A DNA stretch of 64,000 nt. Source: Patescibacteria group bacterium. GTDB lineage: Bacteria > Patescibacteriota > SICC01. Positions 11,700-24,336 of the stretch are shown in pieces (positions within the stretch are counted from its first letter, which is position 1; each line of letters begins with the position of its first letter). The notes beneath the pieces are model-generated. The model did no database searches and was not told the DNA's origin. It saw only the letters and a list, made by a program, of their open reading frames with translations. Where the stretch lies: contig JBBDXB010000006.1 of assembly GCA_040902515.1 (NCBI GenBank), forward strand, positions 2,219-66,218. Direction: 5' to 3'. The position numbers and the translations under genes are program-made.

Positions 11700-14339
11700 A
11701 TGGGCAGACTGAAAAACGCAATCACTGACCTCTTCGCCACGGACCAACTAACCGCGGATGGCGGGACGGTCCTGAAGGATCCCACAGGGAGCTGGCGCAA
11801 GCGACGGATCGTCAAGCTCACAGGGGCCGGCACGTCGTTCCTGCTGGCGCTGTTCCTGATGATCGCCTCGATCGGCCTGCCGCTTCCCGGCCAGGTGAAC
11901 GCGGCTCGGGCGGAAGCCACCTCCATCTACGCCCGCGACGGCAAGACCCTGCTCTACAAGATCCGGGGCGAGAAGAACCGGACCCGGATCGACTTCGACG
12001 ATATGCCGCGATGCATCAAGGACGCGACCGTAGCTACCGAAGACAAGAGCTTCTATGAACACCAAGGACTCGACCCCCGGGGTCTGGCGCGGGCGATCTG
12101 GGTCAATCTCGAGCTCGGACAGACCAGTCAGGGCGGATCCACGATCACCCAGCAACTGGTGAAGAACGCCCTGCTCTCACCGGAACGGACGTACACCCGC
12201 AAGGCCAAGGAACTGGTGCTTTCCTTGGAGATCGAACAGCTCTACTCGAAGGACGACATCCTCCAGTTGTACCTGAACGAGATCCCCTACGGCCATAACG
12301 CCTACGGGATCGAGGCCGCTTCGCAGACCTATTTCGCCAAGTCGGCCCGGAACCTTACGCTTCCGGAATGTGCCGTGCTGGCCGGACTGCCTCAGGCCCC
12401 CACCTACTACTCCCCGTTCACCTCCGGCGATCCGAACCGGCTCAAGGAGCGGGCGACCCACGTGCTCGACCAGATGCTCGAGCAGGAGCACATCGACCGG
12501 GAAGCCTATGACACGGCCGTCGCCAAGATAGAGAAAGGGTTGCAGTTCGCGGCGGCGCGCGGTGAGGACATCACGGCACCGCACTTCGTCTTCTACGTCC
12601 GGGAGCAGCTCGAACGGAAGTACGACGTCCGGACCATCCAGGAAGGCGGGCTCAAGGTCGTGACCTCGCTGGACCCTGAGAAGCAGGAGATTGCCGAAGA
12701 AGTGGTGACCCAGGCACGGGGCAACTTCCCGCTGTACGGCGCCTCGAATGCCGCCCTCACCGCGCTCGATCCGAAGACCGGACAGATTCTGGCGATGGTC
12801 GGTTCCGTGGACTACTTCGACACGGCAGGAGAGGGCAATGTGAACGTCGCGACCGCCGACCGGCAGCCCGGCTCATCCTTCAAGCCGATCGTCTACCTGG
12901 CGGCATTCAAGAAGGGCTACGACAGCGGCCTGGAGAAACCGCTGGCATACAACCCGGCCACCCTGCTCTGGGACGTGAAGACCGACTTCGGTGGCGGCTA
13001 TGCTCCTAATAACTACGACCGACGGTTCCGCGGCCCGGTCAGTGCCCGTGACGCGCTCCAGCAGTCGCTGAATGTCCCGTCCGTGAAGATGCTCGACCTG
13101 ATCGGCGTCCGCACCGCGACCGACCTCGCCCACCAGATGGGCATTACCACGCTGAACGATCCCGACCGCTACGGTGACGCGCTCGTACTCGGCGGCGGCG
13201 AGGTGAAGCTGCTCGAGTTGAACGCGGCCTACAACGTGATCGCAAACCAGGGCGTCGCCGCGTATTCCGAGCGGAACGGCAACGGGACACATACGACCGT
13301 GACGCCGATCCTCTCGGTGACCGACCGCAAGGGCAAGGTGCTCGAGCAGTATGACGAAGGGAGTTCCCGCGAAGTCGTGAGCCAGGAGCTCGCGTACCAG
13401 ATCTCCGACGTGCTATCCGACGACGCCGCCCGTGCGCCGCAGTTCGGACGGAACGGGCCGCTGACCCTCCCTGGCCGGCCGGATACCGCCGCCAAGACCG
13501 GCACGACCGACAGTTACCGCGATGCCTGGACGGTCGGCTTCACGCCGAACGTCTCCGCCGGCGTCTGGGTCGGTAACAACGACAACTCGCCGATGAACGA
13601 GACCGGTGGATCCCGGGCGGCCGCGCCGATCTGGAACGACTTCATGCGGCGAGTCCTGGCCGAGGAACCGGTCCGCGAATTCGAGCGGCCCGATGGCATC
13701 AAGGAGCTCCGCGTGGACCGTCTGACCGGCCTGCTACCGGGCCCGAACACCCGCCAGACCAAGACGGACATTTTCACCGACGGCAACGCGCCCCGGAACA
13801 AGAGCGAAGCGGGGGTCGGGGAAAGCAGCGAGAACTGCACGCCACGCGTAAGCTTGAACAGCCCGGGCGGCGGCCAGCTTGACTCGGGTAGCGTGACGAT
13901 CTCGGCGACTGCCACTACGCCGGGGGACGGGCCGGGCATCGCCGAGGTCCGGTTCAGCGTGGGCGGAAGCGTGATTGCGACCGATACGGCACCGCCATTC
14001 ACTACGAGCACGACCCTCGGCAGCGGCTCGCATACGATCACGGCCACGGCGATCAGCAACGAATGCGGCGAGGGCATCAGCGGTTCGGGCCTCCATAGCG
14101 AGCGGCCTAACAATCCGAATTGGGAACGGCCTGTCCAGGCGTGGCTCCGCAGTAACGGCCTTTCCTTCGGCGGTTCGGACGATACGGAGGAAGCAGAGGA
14201 CTCCGTGACCGTCACCGTAGGCGGCGAGGAAACGCCCGAGCCCGAGCCGTCACCGACCGATGGCGGGGGTGGCGGAGGCGCATTCCTTCCGGGCGGTACG
14301 CCGCTTGGCTACCTCCGGGACGATCAGCTTCTCTCGTAA
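11700..14339 (+). CDS. Class A penicillin-binding protein (PBP1A family) with C-terminal Ig-like domain
   Basis: EDKSFYEHQG, QGGSTITQQLVKN, QPGSSFK (SxxK), SLN, KTGT motifs. Confidence 0.95.
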   Translation: MGRLKNAITDLFATDQLTADGGTVLKDPTGSWRKRRIVKLTGAGTSFLLALFLMIASIGLPLPGQVNAARAEATSIYARDGKTLLYKIRGEKNRTRIDFDDMPRCIKDATVATEDKSFYEHQGLDPRGLARAIWVNLELGQTSQGGSTITQQLVKNALLSPERTYTRKAKELVLSLEIEQLYSKDDILQLYLNEIPYGHNAYGIEAASQTYFAKSARNLTLPECAVLAGLPQAPTYYSPFTSGDPNRLKERATHVLDQMLEQEHIDREAYDTAVAKIEKGLQFAAARGEDITAPHFVFYVREQLERKYDVRTIQEGGLKVVTSLDPEKQEIAEEVVTQARGNFPLYGASNAALTALDPKTGQILAMVGSVDYFDTAGEGNVNVATADRQPGSSFKPIVYLAAFKKGYDSGLEKPLAYNPATLLWDVKTDFGGGYAPNNYDRRFRGPVSARDALQQSLNVPSVKMLDLIGVRTATDLAHQMGITTLNDPDRYGDALVLGGGEVKLLELNAAYNVIANQGVAAYSERNGNGTHTTVTPILSVTDRKGKVLEQYDEGSSREVVSQELAYQISDVLSDDAARAPQFGRNGPLTLPGRPDTAAKTGTTDSYRDAWTVGFTPNVSAGVWVGNNDNSPMNETGGSRAAAPIWNDFMRRVLAEEPVREFERPDGIKELRVDRLTGLLPGPNTRQTKTDIFTDGNAPRNKSEAGVGESSENCTPRVSLNSPGGGQLDSGSVTISATATTPGDGPGIAEVRFSVGGSVIATDTAPPFTTSTTLGSGSHTITATAISNECGEGISGSGLHSERPNNPNWERPVQAWLRSNGLSFGGSDDTEEAEDSVTVTVGGEETPEPEPSPTDGGGGGGAFLPGGTPLGYLRDDQLLS

Positions 14340-14929
14340 CGAGGGTGGGCCGAGACGGACGGGCTCTCTTTGACGTAGAACCGGGCATGGTGCTCCCGAC
14401 CGTGGCGGATACCGATCCGAGGACTCGCGCCGATCTTTGACGGCGGCACCGGCACGCCTTCCTCGATCCAAAGCACCTCACCGGTAAGGTCGGTACGGTT
14501 GAGGCTGAGATCGATCGCCAGGGCCTGGCAGAGATTGCCGGGACCGTCTGTAAGTCGCGCCGCGGACACATTCCCACGATGCCGCTGCATCACTTCGATA
14601 CCTTCGAGCGGTTCGATCGCCCGGACCAGCACCCCCGTCCCCGACCCATCCCCTTCGGTGACGGTATTCATGCAGTGGTACATCCCGTACGTGAAGTAGA
14701 CGTACGCGAATCCCGGCGGGCCGAACATCGGTGCCGCCCGGGAGACGGGGCCGTGGCGGGCGTGCGACGCGGGATCCTCGGGACCAAGATATGCCTCGGT
14801 CTCCACGATCCGCCCCGCCAGCCGTTTGCCGCGATACCGCCGGACCAGGACCCGGCCGAGCAAATCCGGCGCGACGGTCAGCGTCGGGCGGGCATAGAAG
14901 GAATGCGGAAGCGGCTTACTTCGAGCCAA
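14324..14929 (-). CDS. mpg: 3-methyladenine DNA glycosylase (MPG/AAG family)
   Basis: IVETEAY, YVYFTYGMYHC, GPGNLCQAL, PRIGI. Confidence 0.93.
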   Translation of the reverse strand: MARSKPLPHSFYARPTLTVAPDLLGRVLVRRYRGKRLAGRIVETEAYLGPEDPASHARHGPVSRAAPMFGPPGFAYVYFTYGMYHCMNTVTEGDGSGTGVLVRAIEPLEGIEVMQRHRGNVSAARLTDGPGNLCQALAIDLSLNRTDLTGEVLWIEEGVPVPPSKIGASPRIGIRHGREHHARFYVKESPSVSAHPRYERS

Positions 14930-15449
14930 ACTGCTTCTGGTAGAGCGCTTGCGCTTCCTTGATCACGTCGAAGGCGGCATCCCGGCCCTCGATCTTCTCG
15001 ATCGTGACTTGCTTGCCCTCGAGGTTCTTGTAGTTCTCGAAGAAATCGACCAGCTCCTTCAGCACATGCGGCGCGATGTCGCCCTTGTCCTTCAGTTCGG
15101 CCAGCCGCGGCTCGCCGACCGGGACACAAATCAACTTCTCGTCTTTCTCGCCGTCGTCGATCATCCGGGCTACCGCGATCGGCCGGGCCGGCACGAGCAC
15201 GCCGGGGTAGTAGGGATCCGTCGTGTTGATGATCAGGGCATCGAGCGGATCTCCGTCGTGCCAGTGGGTCTGCGGCACCATGCCGTAATCCATCGGATAC
15301 ACCTGCGCCCCGTGGAACACGCGATCAAGCACGATCAGGCCGGTCTCCTTGTCGATCTCGTACTTGTTCTTGCTGCCTCTCGGGATCTCGACGAGGACGT
15401 TCAGTGCTTCCGGCGGGTTGCCGATGCTGATGTCGTGGATGGGGTTCAT
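14916..15449 (-). CDS. ppa: Inorganic pyrophosphatase (family I)
   Basis: VEIPRGSKNKYE, DGDPLD, FFENYK. Confidence 0.95.
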   Translation of the reverse strand: MNPIHDISIGNPPEALNVLVEIPRGSKNKYEIDKETGLIVLDRVFHGAQVYPMDYGMVPQTHWHDGDPLDALIINTTDPYYPGVLVPARPIAVARMIDDGEKDEKLICVPVGEPRLAELKDKGDIAPHVLKELVDFFENYKNLEGKQVTIEKIEGRDAAFDVIKEAQALYQKQFGSK

Positions 15450-15862
15450 TGCACGATCACCGTTCCGGTCTGCGAGGGTTCAAGATGATTATGGAATCCC
15501 CAGTTTCCCCGTTCGTTGAATACGAAGAGGTACGAGGCGCCGGACTCCAGCGTGCCGGATTCCAGGCTCCTCAGGTCGGTATGGGTGGGGTGCGGGTCGC
15601 TGGCGATGACCGCGGATGCGCCGGATTCGTTCACGAACACCACGCTTTGGCCAGCCTCGATGGTGACCTCATCCGGACTGAACGCGCCGTCCCGGAGCGT
15701 CACGCTGACGCTCTGCGGCGCGGCGCTGGCCGCGGTTTCGGGAGCCACGGTCGGTCCCGGCGTAGCCGGGACGGCCTCGTCGGTGTCCTGACTCGCGAAC
15801 AGAACCACTCCCACGACGACGGCGAGCAGGATTAGAAGGATGGCGATGATTCGGGGATTCAT
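15446..15862 (-). CDS. Secreted cupredoxin-fold protein
   Basis: Signal/TM anchor, FSPDEVTI..G..V.F.N, SDPHPTHT, FHNHL. Confidence 0.8.
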   Translation of the reverse strand: MNPRIIAILLILLAVVVGVVLFASQDTDEAVPATPGPTVAPETAASAAPQSVSVTLRDGAFSPDEVTIEAGQSVVFVNESGASAVIASDPHPTHTDLRSLESGTLESGASYLFVFNERGNWGFHNHLEPSQTGTVIVQ

Positions 15863-15889
15863 TGGTGTCCGATGTATGACCTTTCCAGC

Positions 15890-17110
<1,221 letters not shown>

Positions 17111-17116
17111 TTAGCT

Positions 17117-17527
17117 ATGAGTGAACAGGCGAAGTTCAAGGACGGCATTCCGTTGGAGGCGGCTATCGGGCAACTGGATGCGGATATCGCCAGGTTCGAA
17201 CAAGGTGAACCGATGCCGGAACAAGCAACGGGCATACGATTCGGGGATTCCCTGCCCGAATACCACCCCGCCCGGATCGCATTCGATGAAGAGGCGGTGC
17301 GCATGCATGCCGCACTGGAAGCCAGGGACCCTGAGACGTACCAATGTGCTTCACGCATGTTGTGCCTGATGGTCGCGTTCCAAAGCCGGTACGAGCATGC
17401 GCTCGAGGTCGTCGAGGACCCGGACCTTGCCGCGTTCCACGCCGAAGGGGAATGCACGGATTTCCGGCATCCCGAGTTGATCCGCGAGATCGCCGCGCGC
17501 TACTATACCGACTACCAGGAAGTGTGA
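17117..17527 (+). CDS. Hypothetical protein
   Basis: 136 aa ORF filling the gap between tgt and the PIN/TRAM gene; TATAGT box 8 nt before ATG. Confidence 0.65.
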   Translation: MSEQAKFKDGIPLEAAIGQLDADIARFEQGEPMPEQATGIRFGDSLPEYHPARIAFDEEAVRMHAALEARDPETYQCASRMLCLMVAFQSRYEHALEVVEDPDLAAFHAEGECTDFRHPELIREIAARYYTDYQEV

Positions 17528-18448
17528 TTACTTCCCGCGTCCGCTTTTCTGTTTCGGCGTGACGAAGACCATCTTGCCGGCGACGGTCTGGAGGGCCCGG
17601 CTGACCTCGGCAGTGATCTCCTTGCCGACCAATCGCTCGCCGTTCTCCACCACGATCATCGTGCCGTCCGGAAGGTAGCCGACGCCTTGCCCTTTCTCCT
17701 TGCCCTTACCGACGACCTTTACCTCCAGCTCCTCACCAGGCAGCACCGGTGGCCGGAGCGCGCCGGCAAGTTCGTTCACGTTAAGCACGGGGACCCGCTC
17801 GATCTCCGCGACCCGGTTCAGGTTGTAGTCGGTCGTCATGATCGCGGCCTTGCGGCGCTTGGCAATCTCGACCAGCTTGGCGTCCACGGCCTTGGTCCGG
17901 CCGGTCACCTCGACGATCTCGACCAGCACCTCCGAGTGTTTCTCGAGCGCCGTCAGGGCCTCGAGGCCACGGCGTCCTTTGGCACGGCGGAGCGGGTCGG
18001 ACGAGTCCGCGATGTGCTGGAGTTCCTCGAGCACGATGCGCGGCACGAGCAAGGTTCCCACGAGGAAGCCCGCGTTTGCCACCTCGACGATCCGGGCATC
18101 GATGATCGCGCTGGTGTCCACGACGATCTCCCGGCCGGCCGGTGTGCCACGGCCGGTCATCGCCTGGTAGAGGAAGGAGACGAACAGGGCGCCCCGTACC
18201 GCGAAAACCGTACCGAACATCACTACGGTAAGCAGGGTGACCGCGAGCGGCAGGACGGTGCCGTAGGGGGTGGGAAGCGTCGCCAGTGGTAACGAGAGCA
18301 GCGCGCCCACGACCAACCCGACGAGCACGCCGATGAAGGTGGTGAGGAGCGACTTGGTATGCGCCCGCACGACCCGGCGTGTCAGCAGCAAGGATAGGCC
18401 GGTCAGGAACACCAGGAAGATGATCAGCTGGATGGTCGTTTCGTCCAC
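17528..18448 (-). CDS. PIN/TRAM domain membrane protein (YacL-like)
   Basis: N-terminal TMs, VDTSAIIDARI, TTDYNLN, GVGYLPDGTMIVVE. Confidence 0.92.
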   Translation of the reverse strand: MDETTIQLIIFLVFLTGLSLLLTRRVVRAHTKSLLTTFIGVLVGLVVGALLSLPLATLPTPYGTVLPLAVTLLTVVMFGTVFAVRGALFVSFLYQAMTGRGTPAGREIVVDTSAIIDARIVEVANAGFLVGTLLVPRIVLEELQHIADSSDPLRRAKGRRGLEALTALEKHSEVLVEIVEVTGRTKAVDAKLVEIAKRRKAAIMTTDYNLNRVAEIERVPVLNVNELAGALRPPVLPGEELEVKVVGKGKEKGQGVGYLPDGTMIVVENGERLVGKEITAEVSRALQTVAGKMVFVTPKQKSGRGK

Positions 18449-18508
18449 GGAACCAGTCTAGCAGGCTGGCCCACCTGCTCGTACCGCCGCCGCGTCATGC
18501 CGGACTGG

Positions 18509-21022
18509 TTACTTCTTCGCAGCCGCGCGCTTGGGACTTTGACCGACGGAGAACATGAACTCCTCCTTGGCGAAGCCGATCCGGACCCGGTCGCCGTCCT
18601 TGACGGTACCTTCCAGCATCAGCTCGGCCAGCCTGTCCTCGATGTCGTTCTGGATCGCCCGCCGTACCGGTCGTGCGCCGTACTGCGGGTCGAATCCGCG
18701 CTCTACCAGTTCGGCCTTGGCCTTGGCGTCCACTGCCAGCTTGAGGTCGTGTTCCTTGAGGCGGGCTGCGAGTTCACCCAACTGCAGGTCGACGATCTTG
18801 CCGACCAGTTCCCTGGTCAGCGGCTTGAAGACCACGATCTGGTCGAGCCGGTTCAGGAACTCCGGACGGAACTTGTCCTTGAGCTGCTCCAGGACTCGCT
18901 GCTTCATATCCTCATACCGTTGTTCCATCGAGGCTTCGGAGCGCTCGTCATGCACCTGGAACCCGAGCTGCGCGGTCTTCTGGAGCTCCTGCGCACCGAC
19001 GTTGCTGGTCAGGATGATGATCGTGTTCCGGAAATCGACCGTGCGGCCCTTGGCATCGGTCAGTTGTCCGTCCTCCAGGATCTGCAGCAGGAGGTTGAAT
19101 ACCTCGGGATGCGCCTTCTCGATCTCGTCAAGCAGCACCACGGAGTACGGGTTCCGGCGGATCTGCTCGGTGAGCCGGCCGCCTTCTTCGTACCCGACAT
19201 ATCCCGCCGGGGCGCCGACCAAGCGCGACACGTTGTGCCGCTCCATGAATTCGCTCATGTCGAGCTTGATCAGGTTATCCTCCGACCCGAAGACCTCGCG
19301 GGCCAGGACCTTCACCAGCTCGGTCTTGCCGACACCGGTCGGCCCGAGGAAAATGAACGATCCCATCGGTCGTTTCGGGCTTCCGATGCCCACGCGGCTG
19401 CGCCGGATGCTCCGGGCGACCGCGGACACGGCCTCACCCTGGCCGATGATCTGTCCTTTCAGTTTCTTCTCGAGATTGGTGAGGTTCTCTGCTTCCGCCT
19501 TCACGAGGCGCGTGACCGGCACGCCGGTCCACTGGGCTACGACGGTGGCGATGTCTTCCTCGTTCACCTTGACCGTCTTCGGCCCCTTCCCGCGGAGCTG
19601 CTCACGGATTTTGTTCGCCTTGTCGCGGAGTTGGGCCGCCTTCTCGTAATCCTGGTTGTCGATTGCCCGTTCCTTTTCCGCATTCAACGCCGTCAGTTCT
19701 TCCTGGAGTTTCTTGAGTTCCGGCGTCAGACCGCCTTCGCGCAGCCGGCCGGCCGAAGCCGCCTCGTCCACCAGGTCGATCGCCTTGTCCGGCAGGAACC
19801 GGTCGGCGATGTAGCGCTGGCTGAGCCGGACCGCCGTCTCGATCGCCTCGTCGGTGATCTCCACGCCGTGATGATCCTCGTAGTTCTTCCGGAGTCCTTT
19901 CAGGACCGCCACCGTTTCCTCGGGGGACGGTTCCTTCACGTGGACCGGTTGGAAGCGCCGCTCCAGTGCCGCGTCCTTCTCGATATGCTTGCGGTATTCG
20001 TCGAGCGTAGTCGCGCCGATGGTCTGGATCTCGCCGCGCGCCAGGGCCGGCTTCAGGATCTGGGCGGCGTCCATCGAACCTTCGGCCGCGCCGGCACCCA
20101 CGATCGTGTGCAGCTCGTCGATGAAGATCACCACGTCTTCCTGTTTCTTGAGTTCGTCGATCACCTGCTTCACGCGTTCCTCGAACTCACCGCGGTACTT
20201 GGTACCCGCCACCATCAGCGGCAGGTCGAGTGCCAGGATGCGTTTGCCGTGCAATGCCTCCGGTACCCGCTCCTCGATGATCCGCTCCGCCAGTCCCTCA
20301 ACGATGGCGGTCTTGCCGATGCCGGGCTCCCCGATCAGCACCGGATTGTTCTTGGTCCGCCGGCCGAGGATCTGTACGACGCGCTGGACCTCGTCATCGC
20401 GGCCGATCACGGGATCGAGCTTGTTCTGCTCGGCCAGCTCGGTCAGGTCGGTCGAGAAGTAGTCGAGCGCGGGTGTCTTCTTCTTGTCCCCCTTGATATC
20501 CTCCTTCTTGAACGGCCCGCCGGTCGGCATGACCGGTTGGCTACCGGCCCGCTCGCCGGTCGCCGTGGCGCTGCTGCCGCCGGTATGCCGGAACAGGTTC
20601 AGTACCTGCGACTTGATTCGCTCCGGATCGGCGCCAAGTTCTTCGAGGATCGAATACGCCTTGGTATTCTTGTCGCCCAGGATGCCGAGCAGGAGGTGTT
20701 CCGTACCCACGTAATAGTGCTGATGCCGGGCGGCAGTGGCGACCGCCTTCTCGATCACCTTCTTGGCGGGATCGGTCAGACCGGCGCCACCCGCGTCATA
20801 CCGCGACTTCGAGGAGAAACTGAGTGCCAGCTGGACCTTCTCCAGCGTGACGGCGTGGCCCTCGAGAATCTCGGCCGCAAGCGCCTCCGGATTGGAAACC
20901 AGGCCGACCAGGATGTGCTCGGTGCCGATGTACGCCTCACCCATCGCCCGCGCCGCCTTCTGCGCGGCGGTCAACGAAAGCTTGGCGTTCTTGGTAAATT
21001 TCTCGAAATGCTCGTTCTGCAT
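18509..21022 (-). CDS. clpC: ATP-dependent Clp protease ATP-binding subunit ClpC
   Basis: Clp-N repeats, GEPGIGKT and GPTGVGKT Walker A motifs, UVR coil YEKAAQLRD. Confidence 0.96.
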   Translation of the reverse strand: MQNEHFEKFTKNAKLSLTAAQKAARAMGEAYIGTEHILVGLVSNPEALAAEILEGHAVTLEKVQLALSFSSKSRYDAGGAGLTDPAKKVIEKAVATAARHQHYYVGTEHLLLGILGDKNTKAYSILEELGADPERIKSQVLNLFRHTGGSSATATGERAGSQPVMPTGGPFKKEDIKGDKKKTPALDYFSTDLTELAEQNKLDPVIGRDDEVQRVVQILGRRTKNNPVLIGEPGIGKTAIVEGLAERIIEERVPEALHGKRILALDLPLMVAGTKYRGEFEERVKQVIDELKKQEDVVIFIDELHTIVGAGAAEGSMDAAQILKPALARGEIQTIGATTLDEYRKHIEKDAALERRFQPVHVKEPSPEETVAVLKGLRKNYEDHHGVEITDEAIETAVRLSQRYIADRFLPDKAIDLVDEAASAGRLREGGLTPELKKLQEELTALNAEKERAIDNQDYEKAAQLRDKANKIREQLRGKGPKTVKVNEEDIATVVAQWTGVPVTRLVKAEAENLTNLEKKLKGQIIGQGEAVSAVARSIRRSRVGIGSPKRPMGSFIFLGPTGVGKTELVKVLAREVFGSEDNLIKLDMSEFMERHNVSRLVGAPAGYVGYEEGGRLTEQIRRNPYSVVLLDEIEKAHPEVFNLLLQILEDGQLTDAKGRTVDFRNTIIILTSNVGAQELQKTAQLGFQVHDERSEASMEQRYEDMKQRVLEQLKDKFRPEFLNRLDQIVVFKPLTRELVGKIVDLQLGELAARLKEHDLKLAVDAKAKAELVERGFDPQYGARPVRRAIQNDIEDRLAELMLEGTVKDGDRVRIGFAKEEFMFSVGQSPKRAAAKK

Positions 21023-21187
21023 GGAAACCCTCGTGCTTAGCTTAGTATAGGCGGTCCGCTAAACCCCCTCGATGGAAGGAATGGCGAAAAATGGCCGTAA
21101 TGTCTATATGTTTTTGTGCGAATCGTATTTTGCGGTTCGCGACACTACCGTACAGGAGCGCGGACGCATGTCAAGAGAAATCCGCGG

Positions 21188-22729
21188 CTACGAGTCATCG
21201 CCTTCACCGGCGGGTTCGTCCTTGTCGCCGGTGGTTGGCTCCTCAGACGCCGCCTTGGCCGCTGTTCCGTCATCTTCGGTGTCGCCTGGCTCCGCCTTTT
21301 CTTCGTCGGCAGTAGTGGCTCCCTCGTCACCGGCCTCCGGTTCGGCGGATGGCTCGGAAGTTTCGGACGCAGGCTTGGCGCCGGGGTCGGTATCGGCAGT
21401 CGCAGGATCTTCCGGCGCCACAGCGACCTCTCCGGATTCGCTGACCGCTTGGGCAGCCGCCTGTTGGATCTCCTGCCGGCGTTCGGGTTCGATACCCCCG
21501 ACGCGCTCCAGCTCCTCAGGCTCCGCGGCCACGATCTTCTGGGCGGTCTCGAGCTTCGCACCTTCGAACGCCGCGGCCTCTTCCTCGGTGACACCCTCGA
21601 CCTTCCCGATCGGGATGCTCGCGACCACCGTGCCGCCTTCGGTCGCGGTCTCGGCGGCGGCCGCCTGCTGGGCCTCCGACTTGTCGATGTCGATCTGCCA
21701 GCCGGTCAGCTCGCCCGCCAACCGGACGTTCTGGCCGCCGCGTCCGATCGCCAGGCTGAGCTGATCGTCCGCGACCTTGATCGTGGCGGTCTTGGTCTTC
21801 TCGTCGAGGTCGATCTTGGAGATCTTCGCCGGACTGAGCGCATTGGCGATGTACGTGTGCGGGTCTTCGTCGTAGAGGACGATGTCGATCTTCTCGTCGC
21901 CGAGCTCGGCCATGATCGCCTGGACGCGGGTCCCCCGTTGCCCGACGCAGGTGCCGACCGGATCGACGCCCTCCTGGTTCGAGGCTACGCCGACCTTGCT
22001 GCGTACGCCGGCTTCCCGAGCCACCGACTTGATCTCGACCGTCCCGGCATGGATTTCAGGCACCTCGAGCTCGAACAGCCGGTGCACGAAGTCCGGATGT
22101 GCCCGGGTGAAGATCAGCTGGGCGGCACGACCCTCCGGATCCACTTCACGAAGCATCACGCGCAGGCGCTGGCCGATGTAGTACCGCTCCCGCTCGATTT
22201 GGTCGCCGGGTCCGAGGATGCCGATCGCCCGGCCCACTTCCACGAACACGTTGCGTCCCTCGATCCGCTGGACGGAACCGGTCATCAGTTCCCCGGTCCG
22301 GTCCGAGAACTCGTCACGGACGATCTCCCGCTCGACCTCGCGGATCCGCTGGATGATCACCTGTTTGGCCGTCTGTGCCGCGATGCGCCCGAAGCCGGCC
22401 GGCGGTTCCACGGGTTCTTCGAAGATATCGCCGTCCTTCGGCGCCTTGGCGCCGCGCTTCTTCGCTTCGTCGACCGGCAGCTGTACGTGCTCGTTTTCCA
22501 CGTCCTCTTTCGTCGCGACTACCTCATGGACGATGAACAGCTTGGTCTCGCCGTTCTCGGGATTGAAGTCGGCGCGAATCTGCTGCTCGGGAAAGCCGTA
22601 ATCCTTGCGGTACGCGGCCGCGACCGCGGAGGCCACCGCTTCGAAGATCCGCTCCTGGGGAATCTTCCGGTCGTAGGCGATCTGCTCGATCGCTTCGTTG
22701 AACGCCTTGGGGTCGATGTCTAACTTCAT
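21188..22729 (-). CDS. nusA: Transcription termination factor NusA with acidic C-terminal tail
   Basis: FGRIAAQTAKQVI, FELEVPEI, LSLAIGRGGQNVRLA; start re-set to ATG 22729. Confidence 0.95.
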   Translation of the reverse strand: MKLDIDPKAFNEAIEQIAYDRKIPQERIFEAVASAVAAAYRKDYGFPEQQIRADFNPENGETKLFIVHEVVATKEDVENEHVQLPVDEAKKRGAKAPKDGDIFEEPVEPPAGFGRIAAQTAKQVIIQRIREVEREIVRDEFSDRTGELMTGSVQRIEGRNVFVEVGRAIGILGPGDQIERERYYIGQRLRVMLREVDPEGRAAQLIFTRAHPDFVHRLFELEVPEIHAGTVEIKSVAREAGVRSKVGVASNQEGVDPVGTCVGQRGTRVQAIMAELGDEKIDIVLYDEDPHTYIANALSPAKISKIDLDEKTKTATIKVADDQLSLAIGRGGQNVRLAGELTGWQIDIDKSEAQQAAAAETATEGGTVVASIPIGKVEGVTEEEAAAFEGAKLETAQKIVAAEPEELERVGGIEPERRQEIQQAAAQAVSESGEVAVAPEDPATADTDPGAKPASETSEPSAEPEAGDEGATTADEEKAEPGDTEDDGTAAKAASEEPTTGDKDEPAGEGDDS

Positions 22730-22779
22730 GGTTGGATATTGTCCGTGACTAAAAAGCGGAGCCTGAGGCTCCAACGGGT

Positions 22780-23127
22780 TCAGTATACCACGGTCGCGTT
22801 GGCATGGTGGCGGATGCCTCCCGGATCGATCGCCACCACGTCCACCCGCCAGGGACCGACGTGCCGGGTCGCCAGCCGCCATGCTTCGGCTACCCGTACG
22901 ATGTGCCGGAGTTTCCGCGGCGTTACCGCCGTCTCGGGCAGGCCGGTTCCGACGAATCGGCGGGTCTTCACCTCGACGAAGACCAGCTCCCCGCCGTCGC
23001 GCATGACCAGGTCGACCTCGCCGCGGCGGGTACGCACGTTGGCCGCCACGAATTCATATCCCCGTGATTCCAGAAACCGGCGCGCGCGAGCTTCTCCCGT
23101 CGCCCCTAACAGCTGCTTGCTATTCAC
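22780..23127 (-). CDS. yraN: YraN family putative endonuclease
   Basis: GATGEARA, GEVDLV, LVFVEVKTR, RVDVVAI; probable GTG start at 23127. Confidence 0.9.
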   Translation of the reverse strand: MNSKQLLGATGEARARRFLESRGYEFVAANVRTRRGEVDLVMRDGGELVFVEVKTRRFVGTGLPETAVTPRKLRHIVRVAEAWRLATRHVGPWRVDVVAIDPGGIRHHANATVVY

Positions 23128-23144
23128 TATTCCAGTATAACCCG

Positions 23145-23816
23145 TCAGGTGAAAAGCTGCCGCCGGAATTGCTCGTAGACGGGCCGCCACTGGGTCCTGT
23201 GGATCTCCACGGGTCCCCGTACTGCCAGCGCCCGGCGGTGTGCCGGAGTGCCGTACCCCTTGTGCCCGGCGAAACCGTACCCGGGAAACGCGTCATCGAG
23301 TTCGCGCATCAGGGCGTCGCGATGGACTTTCGCCACGATCGATGCCGCCGCAATGCAGCGTTCCGTGCCGTCCCCGCCGACGATCGTCTCGCACCCGATC
23401 GCCCCTCGGAAATAGTCATAGTGGCCGTCGAGCAAGACGTGGTCCGGCCGGACCCCAAGCTCCCGGAGTGACCGGAGGCCGCATTCCCGCAATGCCCAGG
23501 GGAACCCGTGCCGGTTGAACTCATCGATGGAAACCGTGCCGATGCCGATCGCGAGGGCTTTCGACCGGATCCGCCCGGCCAGTCGTTCGCGCTGGCCCGC
23601 CGTCAGCAGTTTGGAGTCACGGATGCCGGGCAGGCGGCAGTGGTCCGGTAGGATCACTGCCGCCGCGACCAGCGGGCCGGCCCAGGCACCCCGGCCGACT
23701 TCGTCCACGCCGGCGACCAACAGACCGCCCGCACCAAGGCGGCGTTCGATGATACGTCCCGGCGGCTTGTTAGTTGCCGTCCGTCTTCGGTCGCTTGACT
23801 TCGGCTTTACTGACAT
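23145..23816 (-). CDS. rnhB: Ribonuclease HII
   Basis: [29 protein letters not shown]. Confidence 0.95.
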   Translation of the reverse strand: MSVKPKSSDRRRTATNKPPGRIIERRLGAGGLLVAGVDEVGRGAWAGPLVAAAVILPDHCRLPGIRDSKLLTAGQRERLAGRIRSKALAIGIGTVSIDEFNRHGFPWALRECGLRSLRELGVRPDHVLLDGHYDYFRGAIGCETIVGGDGTERCIAAASIVAKVHRDALMRELDDAFPGYGFAGHKGYGTPAHRRALAVRGPVEIHRTQWRPVYEQFRRQLFT

Positions 23817-24288
23817 CGGGTTTAGGCGCCTTCGCGGCAGCCGGCTTCTTCGTAGTAGCGGCCTGCTTGGTCTTGGCTTTCGCGGCGGGCTTATCCGCCG
23901 TCAGCCAAGGGTGTTCGATCTCCCGCTCACCGGCTCGTACGGGAACCTCCTTCATCCGGGCGGCCTTGCCGGCACGGTCCCGCATGTAGTGCAATTGCGC
24001 GCGGCGTACCTTGGCACCGCGCTGGATCTCGATCTTGGTGATCTTCGGAGAGTGCAACGCGAACGTACGCTCTACCCCGACGCCCGAGCTGATCCGCCGG
24101 ACGGTGAACGTCGCCTCCGGACCGATACCGCCGCGGCGGCGGATCGCCAAGCCTTCGAAGTACTGCGTCCGCTCCTTGCCGCCTTCCTTGACGGTCGTGT
24201 ACACCCGGACCCGGTCGCCGGAGCGTACATCCGTGAAGACGGGCTTCACGAAGGCGGCGGATGCTTTCCTGAGTAATTGCTGGCTCAT
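23770..24288 (-). CDS. rplS: 50S ribosomal protein L19 with Lys/Ala-rich tail
   Basis: [39 protein letters not shown]. Confidence 0.95.
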   Translation of the reverse strand: MSQQLLRKASAAFVKPVFTDVRSGDRVRVYTTVKEGGKERTQYFEGLAIRRRGGIGPEATFTVRRISSGVGVERTFALHSPKITKIEIQRGAKVRRAQLHYMRDRAGKAARMKEVPVRAGEREIEHPWLTADKPAAKAKTKQAATTKKPAAAKAPKPDVSKAEVKRPKTDGN

Positions 24289-24336
24289 GGGACGAAAAGT
24301 TACCCAATGATGATAGCATGCACCGCCGGGAGAGGC

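Noticed and set aside
17528-18448. PIN protein as a toxin-antitoxin toxin
   Set aside because: YacL-type TM-PIN-TRAM protein, normally found near clpC; no antitoxin
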